A stretch of DNA of 64,000 nucleotides, from contig CM059432.1 in NCBI GenBank assembly GCA_030390025.1, positions 125,924,001 through 125,988,000 of the forward strand, written 5' to 3'. The notes beneath the pieces were generated by a model. It saw nothing but the letters and a program-made list of their open reading frames with translations. It ran no database searches and was not told the DNA's origin. The translations under genes and the position numbers were made by a program. Source of the DNA: Squalus acanthias (taxonomy: Eukaryota). This document shows, one piece after another, positions 50,126 to 63,204 of this stretch (positions are counted from its first letter, which is position 1; every line of letters begins with the position of its first letter).

Positions 50126-51061
50126 GGGGTAGAGTTTCCACTTTGGACACAATTGCCGATTCAGGCGCAAATTGCACCCCAGAGTTTCCGTTCAAACTCA
50201 TTTACATAATCACCGAACGCAGAATCTGCCATGAACCAGCGCAATCGGGCAGAGTTTTAAAATGTAACTTTTTTTTCAAAAAATTTCTTTATAAAAAAAT
50301 TTCCTTCAAAAGTTGCAGCTTGGTGAAGTTTGATTAAAACAGCTGAAAATAGGTTTATCACAAAAAATAACCTTTTCTTTATCACAGTGTCAATACACCA
50401 CCTCTGAGTAACCCGATTTTAAATTACTGAAATTCACTTAAAAAATATAAAGAACTATTTTCTAGCTATATTGGGGTACATTAGTCAGTATCTTAGTAAA
50501 TTAAAACAAAAATCACATTTAAAAGCTTTTAAAATGTACCTTTGTGTGTCCTTGCGCTCAAAAAGATCCAGCTTAATTTTGAAAGCCTCCCTGAATGTAA
50601 ACGTCGGCAGGTGGTGAAGGATAGAATACTAGAGCCTTGTCTTCAGTCACTCAGAAGCCTTTATTTACAGAGACACATACCGTGCACCCCCCCCCCCCAA
50701 TAAGCTTTGTTTTCCTTCCCGAGCCTGCTCCCATACAAGAGAGTCCCCGATTAATACCCACCACCTGAATACGATTAACACCCAATTGATATATGCCACC
50801 TGAATACAATTAACACTGAAGACCTGAAAACGATCGCAATTAGCAGAAACTCCCAATGGTGATTAATTCACCCTGGGGGGCGTGGCCAATTTAGTGGGCG
50901 GGGACTTCTTCTAGTGCAATGTTTTTAAAACTAGCGCAAAAGATCACGGAAACTTGAGTTACGCTGAACACAAATTTTGCTTAAAATTCCGCCATCTTTC
51001 GTGCCGATTTGGGCCGAATTGCGCCGAAAAAACCAGCGCAATCGAGTGGAAACTCCACCCC
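50126..51061. mobile_element. Harbinger-type MITE containing a solo LTR
   Basis: GGGGTAGAGTTTCCACT ... AGTGGAAACTCCACCCC; AGG on both flanks. Confidence 0.8.
50596..50815 (-). mobile_element. Solo LTR (220 bp) of a second LTR family
   Basis: TG...CA ends, 5-bp TSD CTGAA, AATAAA on the - strand, internal repeat CCACCTGAATAC(G/A)ATTAACA. Confidence 0.8.
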
Positions 51062-51267
51062 AGGGAGTTCATTGTGAGTCATATTTAAATTAATTTGCTT
51101 TAAGTTAGGCTATAATGGGCCCTGCACAAACTAGTAGAATAGCATCAAAAGATCTTCACACTTCCTGGCAAGCCAGATCCGGAGTGAAACGTCACTGCCG
51201 CTCGGGCATACCTTAAGGTTGTCTACTCTGGTTGGACTTATTCCTGGTGGTTCGATCACATGACATT

Positions 51268-54200
51268 AGAATCATAGAATGGTACACACAGAAGGAGGCC
51301 AATCAGCCCATCGTACCTGTGCCGGCTCTTTGAAAGAGCTATCCAATTAGTCCCACTCCCTTGCCCTTTCCCCATAGCCCAGCAAATTTTTCCTTTTCAG
51401 GTATTTATCCAATTCCCTTTTGAATGTTACTATTGGATGTGCTTCCACCACGCTTTCAGGCAGTGCATTCCAGATCATACCAACTCGCTGTGTTTAAAAA
51501 AATTCCTCATGTCGCCTCAGGTTCTTTTGTCAATTACCTTAAACCTGAGTCCTCTGGTTACCGACCCTTCTGTCTCTGGAAATAGTTTCCTCCTTATTTA
51601 CTCTATCAAAATCCTTCAAGAATTTGAACCCCTCTATCAAATCTCCCCTTAACCTTCTCAGCTCTAAGGAGAACAACCCCAGTTTTTCTAGTCTCTCCAT
51701 GTAACTGAAGTCTTTCATCCCAGGTACAATTCTAGTAAATCTCCTCGGAACCCTCTCTAAGGCCTTGACATCCTTCCTAAAGTGTGGTGCCCAGAATTGG
51801 CCACAATACTCCAGCTGGGGCCTAGCGAGTGTTTTATAAAGGTTTAGCCTAACTTCCTTACTTGTGATGCGGAGATGCTGGTGTTGGACTGGGGTGGACA
51901 AAAGTGAGAAGTCGCACAACACCAGGTTATAGTCCAACAGCTTTATTTGAAATCACTTGTGTACACCGGTTATTATAGACCGGTCAGCCTGACATCGGTC
52001 GTGGGTAAAATGATGGAAGCAATTATTAAAGATGTCATAACAGACCATTTGGAAAGTGGCGACATGATAGGTCCAAGTCAGCATGGATTTGTGAAAGGGA
52101 AATCATGCTTGACAAATCTTCTGGAATTTTTTGAGGATGTTTCCAATAGGGTGGACAGGGGGGAACCAGTAGATGTGGTGTATTTGGACTTTCAGAAGGC
52201 CTTCGACAAGGTCCCACACAAGAGATTGGTGAGCAAAGTTAAAGCACATGGGATTGGGGGTAATGTGTTGACGTGGATTGAGAACTGGTTGGCACACAGG
52301 AAACAAAGAGTAGGAGTAAATGGGTACTTTTCAGAATGGCAGGCAGTGACCAGCGGGGTACCGCAGGGTTCGGTGCTGGGACCCCAGCTGTTTACATTAT
52401 ATATTAATGATTTGGACGAAGGGATTAAATGTAATATCTCCAAATTTGCGGATGACACTAAATTGGGAGGCAGTGTGAACAATGAGGAGGATGCTAGGAG
52501 GCTACAGAGTGACTTGGACAGGTTGGGTGAATGGGCAAATGTATGGCAGATGAAGTACAATGTGGATAAATGTGAGGTTATCCACTTTGGTGGTAAAAAT
52601 AGAGAGGCGGACTATTACCTGAATGGTGGCAGATTAGGGAAAGGGGACGTGCAACGAGACCTGGGCGTCATGGTACATCAGTCACTGAAGGTGGGAATGC
52701 AAGTGCAGCAGGCAGTCAAGAAAGCAAACGGAATGATGGCCTTCATAGCAAGGGGATTTGAGTACAGGAGTAGGGAGGTGATGCTACAGTTGTACAGGGC
52801 CTTGGTGAGGCCACACCTGGAGTATTGTGCGCAGTTTTGGTCTCCTAACTTAAGGAAGGACATTCTTGCTATTGAGGGAGTGCAGCGAAGGTTCACTAGA
52901 TTGATTCCTGGGATGGCCGGACTGACATATCAAGAAAGATTGGGTCAACTGAACTTGTATCCTCTGGAGTTCAGAAGAATGAGGGGGGATCTTATAGAGA
53001 CATTTAAAATCCTGACTGGTTTAGACAAATTAGATGCGGGCAGAATGTTCCCAATGGTAGGGAAAACTAGAACCAGGGGTCACAGTCTAAGGATTAAGGG
53101 GAAGCCATTTAGGACTGAGCTGAGGAGGAACTTCTTCACCCAGAGAGTGGTGAATCTATGGAATTCTCTTCCACAGAAGGTTGTTGAGGCCAGTTCGCTA
53201 AATATATTCAAAAGGGAGTTAGATATAACACTCACAACTAAGGGGATCAAGGGGTATGGCGAGAAAGCAGGAATGGGGTACTGAGGTAGCATGTTCAGCC
53301 ATGAACGCATTGAATGGCGGTGCAGGCTCGAAGGACCGAATGGTCTACTCCTGTACCTATTTTCTATGTTTCTATGTTTACATACAACCCCTGGTCTCTC
53401 TGCCCCTGCACCCCATTTAAAATTATACCATTTAGTTTCTATTGCCTCTCCTCATTCTTCCTAACAAAATGAATTACTTCACACCTTTCTGCATTAAATT
53501 GCATCTGCCATGTGTCTACCCATTTCACCAATCTGTTTATTTCCTCCTGAAGTTTGTTACTAGCCTCCTCACTGTTTACTACATTTCCGAGTTTTGTGTC
53601 ATCGACAAACTTTGACATTATGCCCTTTATACCCAAGTCCAGGTCATGAATATCAAAAAGAGCAGTGGCCCCAACACTGACCCCGGGGGGAACACCACTG
53701 CACACTTCTCTCCAGTTTGAAAAACAACCATTCACCACTACTCTTGGCTTTCTGTCCCTTAGCCAATTTCATATCCACGTAGCCACTGCCCTTTAATCCC
53801 ACGGGCTTCAATTTTGCCAATAAGTCTATTATGTGGTACTTCAACAAATGCCTTTTGAAAGTCCATACACACATCATCAGCCACACTATCCTCATCAACC
53901 CTCTCCGTTACTTCATCAAAGAACTCAATCAAGTTAGTCAAACATGATTTGTCTTTAACGCATTCATGCTGGCTTTCATTTATTAACCCATACTTTTCCA
54001 AGTGCCAATTAGTTTTGTCCCAGATTAGTATCTCTAGAAGTTTCCCCACCACCAAATTTAGGCTGATTGGCCTGTAGTTGCCGGGTTTATCTCTCTCCCC
54101 TTTTTTGTACAAGGGTATAACATTTGCAATCCTCCAGTCCTCTGGCACCACTCCCATATCTAAGGAGGATTGGAAGATTGTGGCCAGAGCCTCCGCAATT

Positions 54201-54670
54201 TCCACCCTTCTCTCAGCAACCTAGGATACATCCCATCCGGACCGGGTGACTTTTCTACTTTGAGCGCTGCCAACCTTTTAAGTACCGCTTTATTTTTATC
54301 CTATCCAAATGCTCTACTACCTCCTCCTTTACTGTGACATTGACAGCATCCTCTTCTTTAGTGAAGACAGACGCAAAGTACTCATTTAATTCCTCCACCA
54401 ATGCCCTCTGCCTCCACAAGAAAATCTCATTTTTGATCCCTAATGGGCCCCACCCTTCCTTTGACTACCCTTTTACTGTTCATATGTTTGTAAAAAGACT
54501 TTTTGGTTCCCTTTTATGTTACCTGCCAATCTATTCTCATACACTCTCTTTGCCTGTCTTATTTCCTTTTTCAGTTCCCCCTGTACTTTTTGTATTCAGC
54601 TTGGTTCTCTACTGAATTATGAACCCATCATTTACCACAAGCTTCCTTTTTCTGTTTCATTTTAATATCT
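51268..54670 (-). mobile_element. Older CR1 LINE fragment, split by a younger insertion (about 51862-53378)
   Basis: PEDWRIANVIPLYKKG, NYRPISL, DFQKAF, FVDDTKL, RPQLEYC in broken ORFs; TAGAATCATAGAAT tail. Confidence 0.9.
51970..53378 (+). mobile_element. Young 5'-truncated CR1 (HER1-like) LINE; RT frame open to its natural stop at 53284
   Basis: 445-aa ORF with all RT motifs (FADD); tail TTTCTATGTTTCTATGT. Confidence 0.95.
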
Positions 54671-54672
54671 AC

Positions 54673-55385
54673 GACCTAGAAATTGGATAAGGCCCGAAAA
54701 CGGGTGCAGGCAGCGCGATATGCCCGCGCCCGTTCAAAGTGGAGCAGGTAGCACTCAAAATTCGTGCTGCGTGCTCATTATAATGATTGCTGCGCTGATC
54801 GCAGCGCTAAACGTGCCGCTGGATGGCTTAGCGCTGAACAGAGGGGCCAATATTGGGTGCAGTCTACTGGCCAATAAAATTTGGCCCAGGCTCTCTGCAC
54901 TACTTAAAGGGGAGGTGCTTTGTTGCAGAAGCACCTCATTGTCAGTGTGGAGAGAGCCACGGTCCACCAGCCAAGCGAGAGGGCGAGGAGATTTTCCGAC
55001 GTGGCACTGGAGGCCTTGGTCTTGGGGGGTTCAAAGACGCCGTCAGGTCCTCTACCCTCAGGGGGGCAGGAGGCCTTCAAGGCAGAACAGCCGAAGGCTG
55101 TGGGATGAGATAGCTGAAGCTGTCCGTCAAACGACTGTTGTCCCCAGGACCCGGATCCAGTGCTGCAAGAAGTTTAATGACCTCGCATGAGTGGGCAAGG
55201 TGAGTGAATGCAATGCCATATCCCACCATTTCACTAGCGAGCGCAGGCAACGGCAGCACTGCCAACCTGCCCAAAATGGCAGCCGCCACAGGACCCGCCG
55301 GAAATGGGCAGAAGCGAGTCGGCCGCCATTTTGTCATCAAAACGAGCCTTAACGCCCGGCTCTAAACACCTGAATTTCTCGGCCC
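54673..55385 (+). mobile_element. Short Harbinger derivative with Myb exon 1 remnant
   Basis: GACCTAGAAATT ... AATTTCTCGGCCC; LWDEIAEAV...RTRIQCCKKFNDL then AAG|GTGAGT; right end matches 42967-43104. Confidence 0.8.
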
Positions 55386-57104
55386 TATCGTTCCATTCCG
55401 GGAGCGTTGGCAAACCTAGCCTGCCTGTGTGATTCTGTGCTGCATTCCAGCATTTTCCGTCTCTATTTGATTTCCAGCCTTTGCAGATTTTCTTTTTATT
55501 TGTGTTTCATCTTGTCTGGGTGTCTGTCTCAATCAGTACTGCCAGAAGATGGCACACTTGCATTGGGAATCGAGGGGAACTCCAATTTGAAGTCTCTGAC
55601 CAGGGTTACACTAATATCACCTTTATATTATACAGAACTGCTTCATGTAGAAGCAATTCTGTTTGTGTTGCCCAGCCACTTACCTTGCAGAGCAGATTCC
55701 ACAACAATGATGACATCAGATAAACAACTGCGGCCAAGGCTGTACAAAAGTGCTGCACTACCGGCTGGGCTGCAGTTGCAGTTTTGGGTATCTCGTTATA
55801 GGAATGATATAAAAGCAATGGAAAAGGTGCAGTGTAGATTCACTAGAACGCTAGATTGTTTCCCAGTGGGAAAGGGAGATGGTAACAAGAAAGGACAAAC
55901 TTAAGATAATCACAAAAATAATTAAGGGAAGGTTAGAAAGATTGTTTTTCTACTCAGAAGGTTTTTAGTGTATGGTATTTTCTGCCACAAAGTGTTGTTG
56001 AAGCAGGGTCCATGAATCCATAAATTCTTTCAAAAGCAATTGTATCGCTGCTTAAAACTGAGGACTGTTAAAGGGCACGGGGAACAAGCAGAAAAGTGAG
56101 TTTAGATTCGGTGACTCACGTGGAGAAAAAGACTTGTTAGGCTAATTAGCCTGCTTCTGTGCTGTAACGTTCTATGAACACTATCTTCGATTATTTGTAT
56201 CATTTCATGGGTTCAAAGTGCTATGACAAACAAAATGGCCAGTAGGACCATGTAATCGTCAAAATGACAAGAGTTGCTGCCTCACTCAAGAAAGATGTCA
56301 GCCTGAGCTGATGTTAATAAGATAAGACTTTCTGCTGCCCACATCTTCTGCTGAAATGGATGTGATTGTTCAGAGAAGTCCACTGGCTGTTATGATCAGA
56401 TATTCAGATCACAACAGCCAGCTATTCGGTGGAACATGTCCATTGTCATAAATAAAATGGCTGTCAGATTTTGCTGGATTTTAACAACAATCCACACAAT
56501 TTCTGGCAGCATTTCTTTTGATATTTTCATTGATCTTGCTCGTCAACCTTCCATCACAGCCTAAACACTAACCTTCTTTTGTGTGTCCTTCCTGAGTCAT
56601 TCAACTTTCTTACTGCTCCCTAATGTACTTCCTATTGTGAATTAGCCTCCATCCAAATTTCACCATCATTTTATTGGAGGGTTCCTGGTTGTTGACAATA
56701 ACACAAAAGCATGTCTGTTGCTTCACATGTTGTCTTTTGAGTCAGTCAGGTTTGTGCATGAAAGTGTTTCCTTAGGGACTTTGATTGTAGTGTGAAGTCA
56801 TGGCTAACCACGCCTCTATATAAAGCCCATCCGTTTGCTAAGCACAGTTTTAAGAAAGCTTGTTACATAACCAACAACAACAACAACTACTTGCATTTAT
56901 ATAGCGCCTTTAACATAGTAAAACATCCCAGTGCGCTTCACAGGAGCGATTATCAAACAAAATTTGACTCCGAGCCACATAAGGAGATATTAGGACAGAT
57001 GACCAAAAGCTTGGCCAAAGAGGTAGGTTTAAAGGAACATCTTGAAGGAGGAGAGAGAGGTAGAGAGGCGGAGAGGTTTAGGGAGGGAATTCCAGTGCTT
57101 AGGG

Positions 57105-57352
57105 CCTCCCCTTTAAGAACTGGAAAGAACCTTGGCAATGATGACTTGTGATTAGACTGCACCTGATATTGGTCAGTGCTTCGACTGTAACGCCACTGAG
57201 CTAGGCCATTAGCACTTGATTTAGCGCTCCCATCCTTTCTTTGTGAATGAGACTTAATTTTGCGTGCAGTCTGAAGCATTAGTGCCTGGCACTAATTCTC
57301 AAACTTTTCAAAAGTTACCGCCCATTCCTGGGCTATAATGAATTTTTCCCCC
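57105..57352 (-). mobile_element. Isolated left end of the 23246 Harbinger family
   Basis: Reverse complement of about 23246-23495. Confidence 0.85.
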
Positions 57353-58639
57353 TCTGATCTGTACAGCACAGTACCACAACATGTAGTGCATTTACTTGCT
57401 GAGCCATTAATGAAGCTCACAGAAGACCTCCGCATCCCTGAGACAGAGGCAACAATCGCCGCACCTCTTCTGTCAGCCCCAGTTCACATCCTGTGAACAT
57501 GGGATTGGATACGTCAGCCCCCTACCTTACAGCCTCACAAGAAATGCCAGCACTTCCTAACGTTTGCAAAATGAGTATATGGACTTATGGAGCAAACAGA
57601 CCAAATACAAGAATACTGATTTTTAAAATATCATTAAATATATTACGTATGATAATTCTTCCATTAAATTCCTCAGAATATATCTATTGAAAGAAACTGC
57701 ACAAATTACAGATCAGCTGTCAGATGTGCCACAACATAAACCAAATGTCATCTATTCCTTTAATCCAAAATCTGATAAATCAAACCTTTCTAGCACCAAA
57801 TTCCCACTTTACTGTGTTATTTACATCACATCATTCAAATTATTGGATATTTCAATTTAAAAAAATGTAAAAATGACTTTGAATTATCAGGAGCAGACAA
57901 ACTCCTTTGTGACTTCAGTCCAAATGAGTTGTCAGATTTGGAATAGGCTGATATGTTGCCCACAGAGTATTGGTTTAATTCATTGTAGCTATGATCTACT
58001 TGAAATCATTTTAAAGCACTATGATCAAGAACAATTGGTTCTTATGATATCTTAATCATCAATTAGCTGTTTATTCCATTCAAACAATATTGCTATAGCA
58101 GGTTGAGATCATGACTGTGCTTGGCTTGCGATCTTCATACACGAAGATTGTTCAGTTTGGTGAGGAACTGGAGGGCTGTCAGTACCTGTTAAATCGTACC
58201 CCAGCAAGAGGTCAAAATTGGAAATGAAGGTTCTTCTGCAACATTTGTTGCTGGTGGAATGATATATATAGTTGTTTCAACTGATATTTGGTTATGGTCT
58301 GATGCTACAATAGGGCAAAGAGTCAATGTCCTGACTAATGGACTTGAAAGCAAACTATGCAGGACTTTGTTGAGCTGTCTGGCTAAGACCAACTTGGGTG
58401 ATATTCCAAATACCAGAAAATCCTTCAAGCAGTGAAGACTGCAAACCATTTCTAATCTCAGACAAAACAACACATAAAGCTGAGGGTATAGCATCCCCAA
58501 TGTCAGCAAAAACAAGAGGCAGTACAGATTGTATTTCAGCAGCTAGGCCACTAAAATCAACAGTGAGAGCGCACTGTAAAGTACTCTCCATGTTAGTTAT
58601 ATTAGCTTTGTGGCTGTGAGATCGTTGGGGGTTATACTC

Positions 58640-59459
58640 ACTGTGGACCACTTTCCATACCTCGGGAGCCTACTGTCAACAAGGGCAGACGTCGATGACG
58701 AAGTCCAACACCGCCTTCAGTGTGCCAGTGCAGCCTTCGGTCGCCTGAGGAAGAGAGTGTTTGAAGACCAGGACCTCAGACCCGGCACTAAGCTCATGGT
58801 CTACAGAGCAGCAGTGATACCCGCCCTGCTGTATGCCTCAGAGACATGGACCATGTACAGCAGGCACCTCAAAGCACTGGAGAGGTACCACCAATGCTGC
58901 CTCCGCAAGATCCTGCAAATCCATTGGCAGGATAGGCGCACCAACGTCAGTGTTCTCGCTCAGGCCAACATCCCCAGCATCGAAGCTTTGACCACGCTCG
59001 ATCAGCTCCGATGGATGGGTCACATCGTCCACATGCCCGATACGAGACTCCCAAAACAAGCGCTCTACTCGGAGCTCTGACATGGCAAGAGAGCCCCAGG
59101 TGGGCAGAGGAAACGCTTCAAGGACACCCTCAAAGCCTCCTTGAAAAAGTGCAGCATCCCCACTGACACCTGGGAATCCCTGGCCCAAGACCGCACGAAG
59201 TGGAGGAGAAGCATCCGGGAAGGCGCCGAACACCTCGAGTCTCTTCGCCGGGAGCAAGCGGAAGCCAAGTGCAAGCAGTGCAAGGACCACACGTCAACCC
59301 AAGCACCCCACCCACCCGCCCGCCCCTTCAACCACCGTCTGCCCCACCTGTGACAGAGACTGTAGGTCCCACATTGGACTCATCAGTCACCTGAGAACTC
59401 ATTTTTAGTGTGGAAGCAAGTCATCCTCAGTTCCGAGGGACTGCCTAAGAAGAAGAAGA
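58640..59459 (+). mobile_element. RTE-clade LINE 3' fragment
   Basis: HFPYLGS...ASAAFGRLRKRVF...LLYASETWT; C-terminal CPTC...HLRTH finger; (AAG)n tail. Confidence 0.9.
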
Positions 59460-60100
59460 TACTCACCAACCTCCTTCTGGTCCCGTTCACCCGCTACTCC
59501 TCTGACACTTTCTCCTTCTTCAAGCACCTCACCCTGTTCCACCCTCTTGCCTCTCTTTCAAAATCGTCAATGTCCACCAACCCCCGCCCGCACCCCCGCT
59601 CCCCCCCAAGCCCCACCCTGAATTTCTCCTTTCCTCCCTCAATTTCTGCACTGAGCAACTCCTCATCCTCGGTGATTTCAATCTCCGTCTCAACACCCCT
59701 TGCCATTTCTCCTCCAAATTCACTACCCAGTTGTCCTCCCTCAACTTTACCATCTTTTAAGCTCTCCTACCCATATTCACAGCCGATTTCTTAACCGTAC
59801 CATTTTCCTGTGCTACTCCACTTCGTCTCCATCACTGACAAAGCCACCTTTGACCACTTCTTTATATTCGTCAACACCCACAACACCTTACTCCCTTCAA
59901 CCCCACTTCTTTCTGCGGCCACTCTGGAGAAGACTCTCCCCCAGCAGCTTATAACCGCACTCTTTAACTCCCATCTGTCTAGCCTTTGGCCCTCCATTAG
60001 CCACAATACCTCTGCAGCTGTTGATTTGCTCAACTTTTGATACCATTGCCCATAGCAAAACATCTCTCCCTGATATAGCCCCCATTTACAATTCCTCAAG
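59460..60100 (+). mobile_element. Decayed L2-like LINE body
   Basis: Pyrimidine-rich strand; degenerate LLDLS.AFDT..H-like motif near 60020-60055. Confidence 0.45.
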
Positions 60101-60322
60101 ACTAAGGGGTGAAAATTTGAGTGTGCTTGGCACACCACTGACTTAGCCATCCATTGTCAGATCACATCAACCGTGCCTCATTTTCTTCTGCCGAAACTGC
60201 CCACTACTCTGGACCATCTCATTTACATACTATCCTGTGACTCCCTGTTGGAAATTTCACAGTAAGATCAGGATTAGGCTCAAGTGTGATGTCTTCCGCA
60301 GTTGATAGCCTACCGAAACTCA

Positions 60323-62930
60323 GGCCGGAATTTTGCCGACCTGGGTGGGTCTGGTGCCGGCGGTGGGCATGGCGGGTCGCGACCCCGCTGCTGGCTCCAT
60401 CCCGCTGCTGAAAATGACTTTCCCTTAACAGGGCCTATTAAGCCTGTCTGTGTGTTACCCAGCCCAATTAAATGAAGCGGGTCTGGTGACGTCATCGATG
60501 ACGCGTTTTCAGCTGGGATCTTTAAGTGGCCATGGCCACATTGGATTTGAATGTCAATATAACATAGTGCTGTCAATGCACTACAGCATTGGAGTGCTGC
60601 AAACAATGACTGCACAGGGGCAGAAGGCTGCACCCAGGTTCTCCAATGACTCCCTCCATATGCTTATGGAGGGAGTCAGAGCACACAAGGAGGTCCTCTT
60701 CCCTTCCAATGGGTGGAAGAGACCACCCCAGGACACTAAAAGAGCCTGGTTGGAGATTGCAGAGGAGGTCACCAGCAGGGATGTCATCAGGAGGACCTGG
60801 GTGCAATGCCGCAAATGTTTCAATGATCTCATTAGATCAGAAAACATAAGTACAAAGCCACACTCACCGTCATCCTGCTGTGCTTCTCATCACAACCCAT
60901 CACTCTGCCTTCCCAACCCTACCCCTGCACATCCTTACTCACACTAACATACCTTGCACATCCACCCACCCCTCTTTCTCTATCTACATTATCACATCCC
61001 CATCTCACTAGCCACCCTCACACTCACCCTCATCCTAGTGCAATCATAGCAGCTAACAACACACAAGGAGGCCACTTGGCTTTGGCACCCCACTCCATCA
61101 TAGTCACCCTCTAAAGATCTAACTCATCCATTCCTTACACTCATTCCATCACTCTCACTCAACCTTCTCTTCTTTCCCTCCTTGCATTAAAAGAGAGCCC
61201 AAAATAAGAGGGAGAGGGGTGAACCGGCAGTGGCCCTCCATCATTTGCAAACCTTACAACAGCAGAGGAGGCTGCTTTAGAAATATCTGGAGTCGCCGAG
61301 CACCTGGAGGTGGGAGATGGAGAGAGGGCAATATCTCAGCAACCTGGTGATAGAATTACATATCATACAGCTGCACGGCATATATCAGTCACTCATGTGG
61401 GCACTGATGTAAGCAGCCACTGAATCATGTGCATAATGGTATCTGTAGCCATTATTCATATGACATATCTAACTCATCTCTTTATTCTCCTACAGGTCTA
61501 TCAAGAGGCCACCCCCCCCCCCCCCCCCACCCTCCCCCCACTGTCCAGGAGGAAGAGGAAGACGATTCCTCAGAGGAGCCTCCAGCCTCTGAGGATGCAC
61601 CATCACCAGACAGAAGCGCACCCAGCACCAGCGCAGATACGCACACCTCGGTGGGTCCCACGCGAGATAGAGTAGTGTTGTCACCTGGTGTCTCACAACT
61701 CACAAGTGAGCAAGAGCAGATGGTGGAGACAGGGACAGCAGTGGAGAGTCCTCGCCGGAGGGAGCAGGACACTCCCAGCTCTGCTCAGCTGCGTGCAGAC
61801 GCTGAGCCTCGGGGGCCATCCAGAAAGAGGGCGATCCTGGAGATGCAGCAAGAAGTGCAAGGGGCTCTGACAAGTTTTACGAGCGCAATGTCTGCAAATG
61901 TTCAGAGAATGGAGGAGTCCATCTCCAACATGAGCACCACCGTGTCGCAGGCGATGGCGACTGTAGGCTCTTCCATGGATAGGATGGCCACTTGCATGGA
62001 GCAGCTAATGCGCCACTCACAGCAGCACATGGTCTCTATGGAGAATAGATGGCTATCTTTGGAGGATAGATGGCTATGTATGGATAATAGATGGCAGAGG
62101 CTCATTGATCTCCTCTCTAGGAGGGATGTCAGCGTAAATGTGGGTCCTCATGGCGCCACTGATATGCAGCAAGGTGCTCTCCAGCTCCTTGGCAGCAGGG
62201 AAGTGAGCAGGCTGCCTCTACCTCTGCTGAAGCCACAGGGCTAGCACTTCGTAGAAGCATGTGGAAGAGAAAGATGACACACAGGTGGATTCACAAGGGT
62301 AGCCACTTGAGTGTTTTAGACAATGTTTATGTAAGGTTTCTGTTAATGTGCTGTCAAACATAAAAATCTTTATTTTCAACACTTTCTGGTCTTGGACAGA
62401 TTTGTGTACATCTTTGTAAGTGGCTCAGTGAGTTGCAGTGAATGGTGAGACATAATGGTACCCCCCGCAATGCTGGTGAGTGTGAAAGGAATGGCTTGGT
62501 CATTGCAGGGATGCTTTATGGTGTTGGTGTGGGGTGCTGCCAACCTGACGCATCATGTGGCAGCCATATGGGTGTACAGCATCAAGTGAAGTAAATCTGG
62601 TCATGATGAGGCCATGCCTGGCCTCCCGGGCAGCAATGTCGTCGGGTGCTGATGCCTTCTGTCCTGTCCGGTGATTGCGGAGAAGGTTGGTGGTGTTGTT
62701 GGTGCTGCTGATGTTAAGGCTGATCGTGGTCGGATTCTGAGGACCAAGGTGAGATAGTATAAAGGGCACCCATGCTGACGGAATAGATGGCAGGTGAAGT
62801 AGAGATGACAGAAGCGATCTGTCAATGGTGAGAGAGGTTCTTCCAATGAGGTGACACTGGATGGAGACTTTGCTGGAAAGACATGCAGCCTGCAGAATCT
62901 GTGCTGGGAATACAATGAGAAACAGTGTCT
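60323..62930 (+). mobile_element. Non-autonomous Harbinger derivative with near-complete Myb gene and deleted transposase
   Basis: Left TIR GGCCGGAATTTT; MTAQGQKAAPRFSNDSL...RTWVQCRKCFNDL; exon 3 open (ORF 61429-62244); collinear with 10011-13975 minus about 1 kb. Confidence 0.88.
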
Positions 62931-63204
62931 AGGCATGACAGGAAGAATTGTCACTTTGATGAGATATTAGAAGGCAGTTGCACCCATGGCATGAGTCAGT
63001 GGCTTCAAGTGAAGAAAAGAATAATTTTGGGGGGAATGCATCACTTGCGACCATGTCATACTGGTAGCCAAACACCTTTATGGTGGGTTGTTTTGTCAAA
63101 TGTTCTCGTCTTTTCTCCATTCCTATCGTGAAGGAGCTGATTCCTTATGGGGATACAGTTCTATTGGTGCCAACAGGCCTCTAATACCTCATCCAAGAGA
63201 CCAT

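Noticed and set aside
23246..57352. Giant composite transposon bounded by inverted ~250-bp Harbinger left ends
   Set aside because: No matching target duplication, the copies are clearly diverged, and the 23246 end already pairs with 40586
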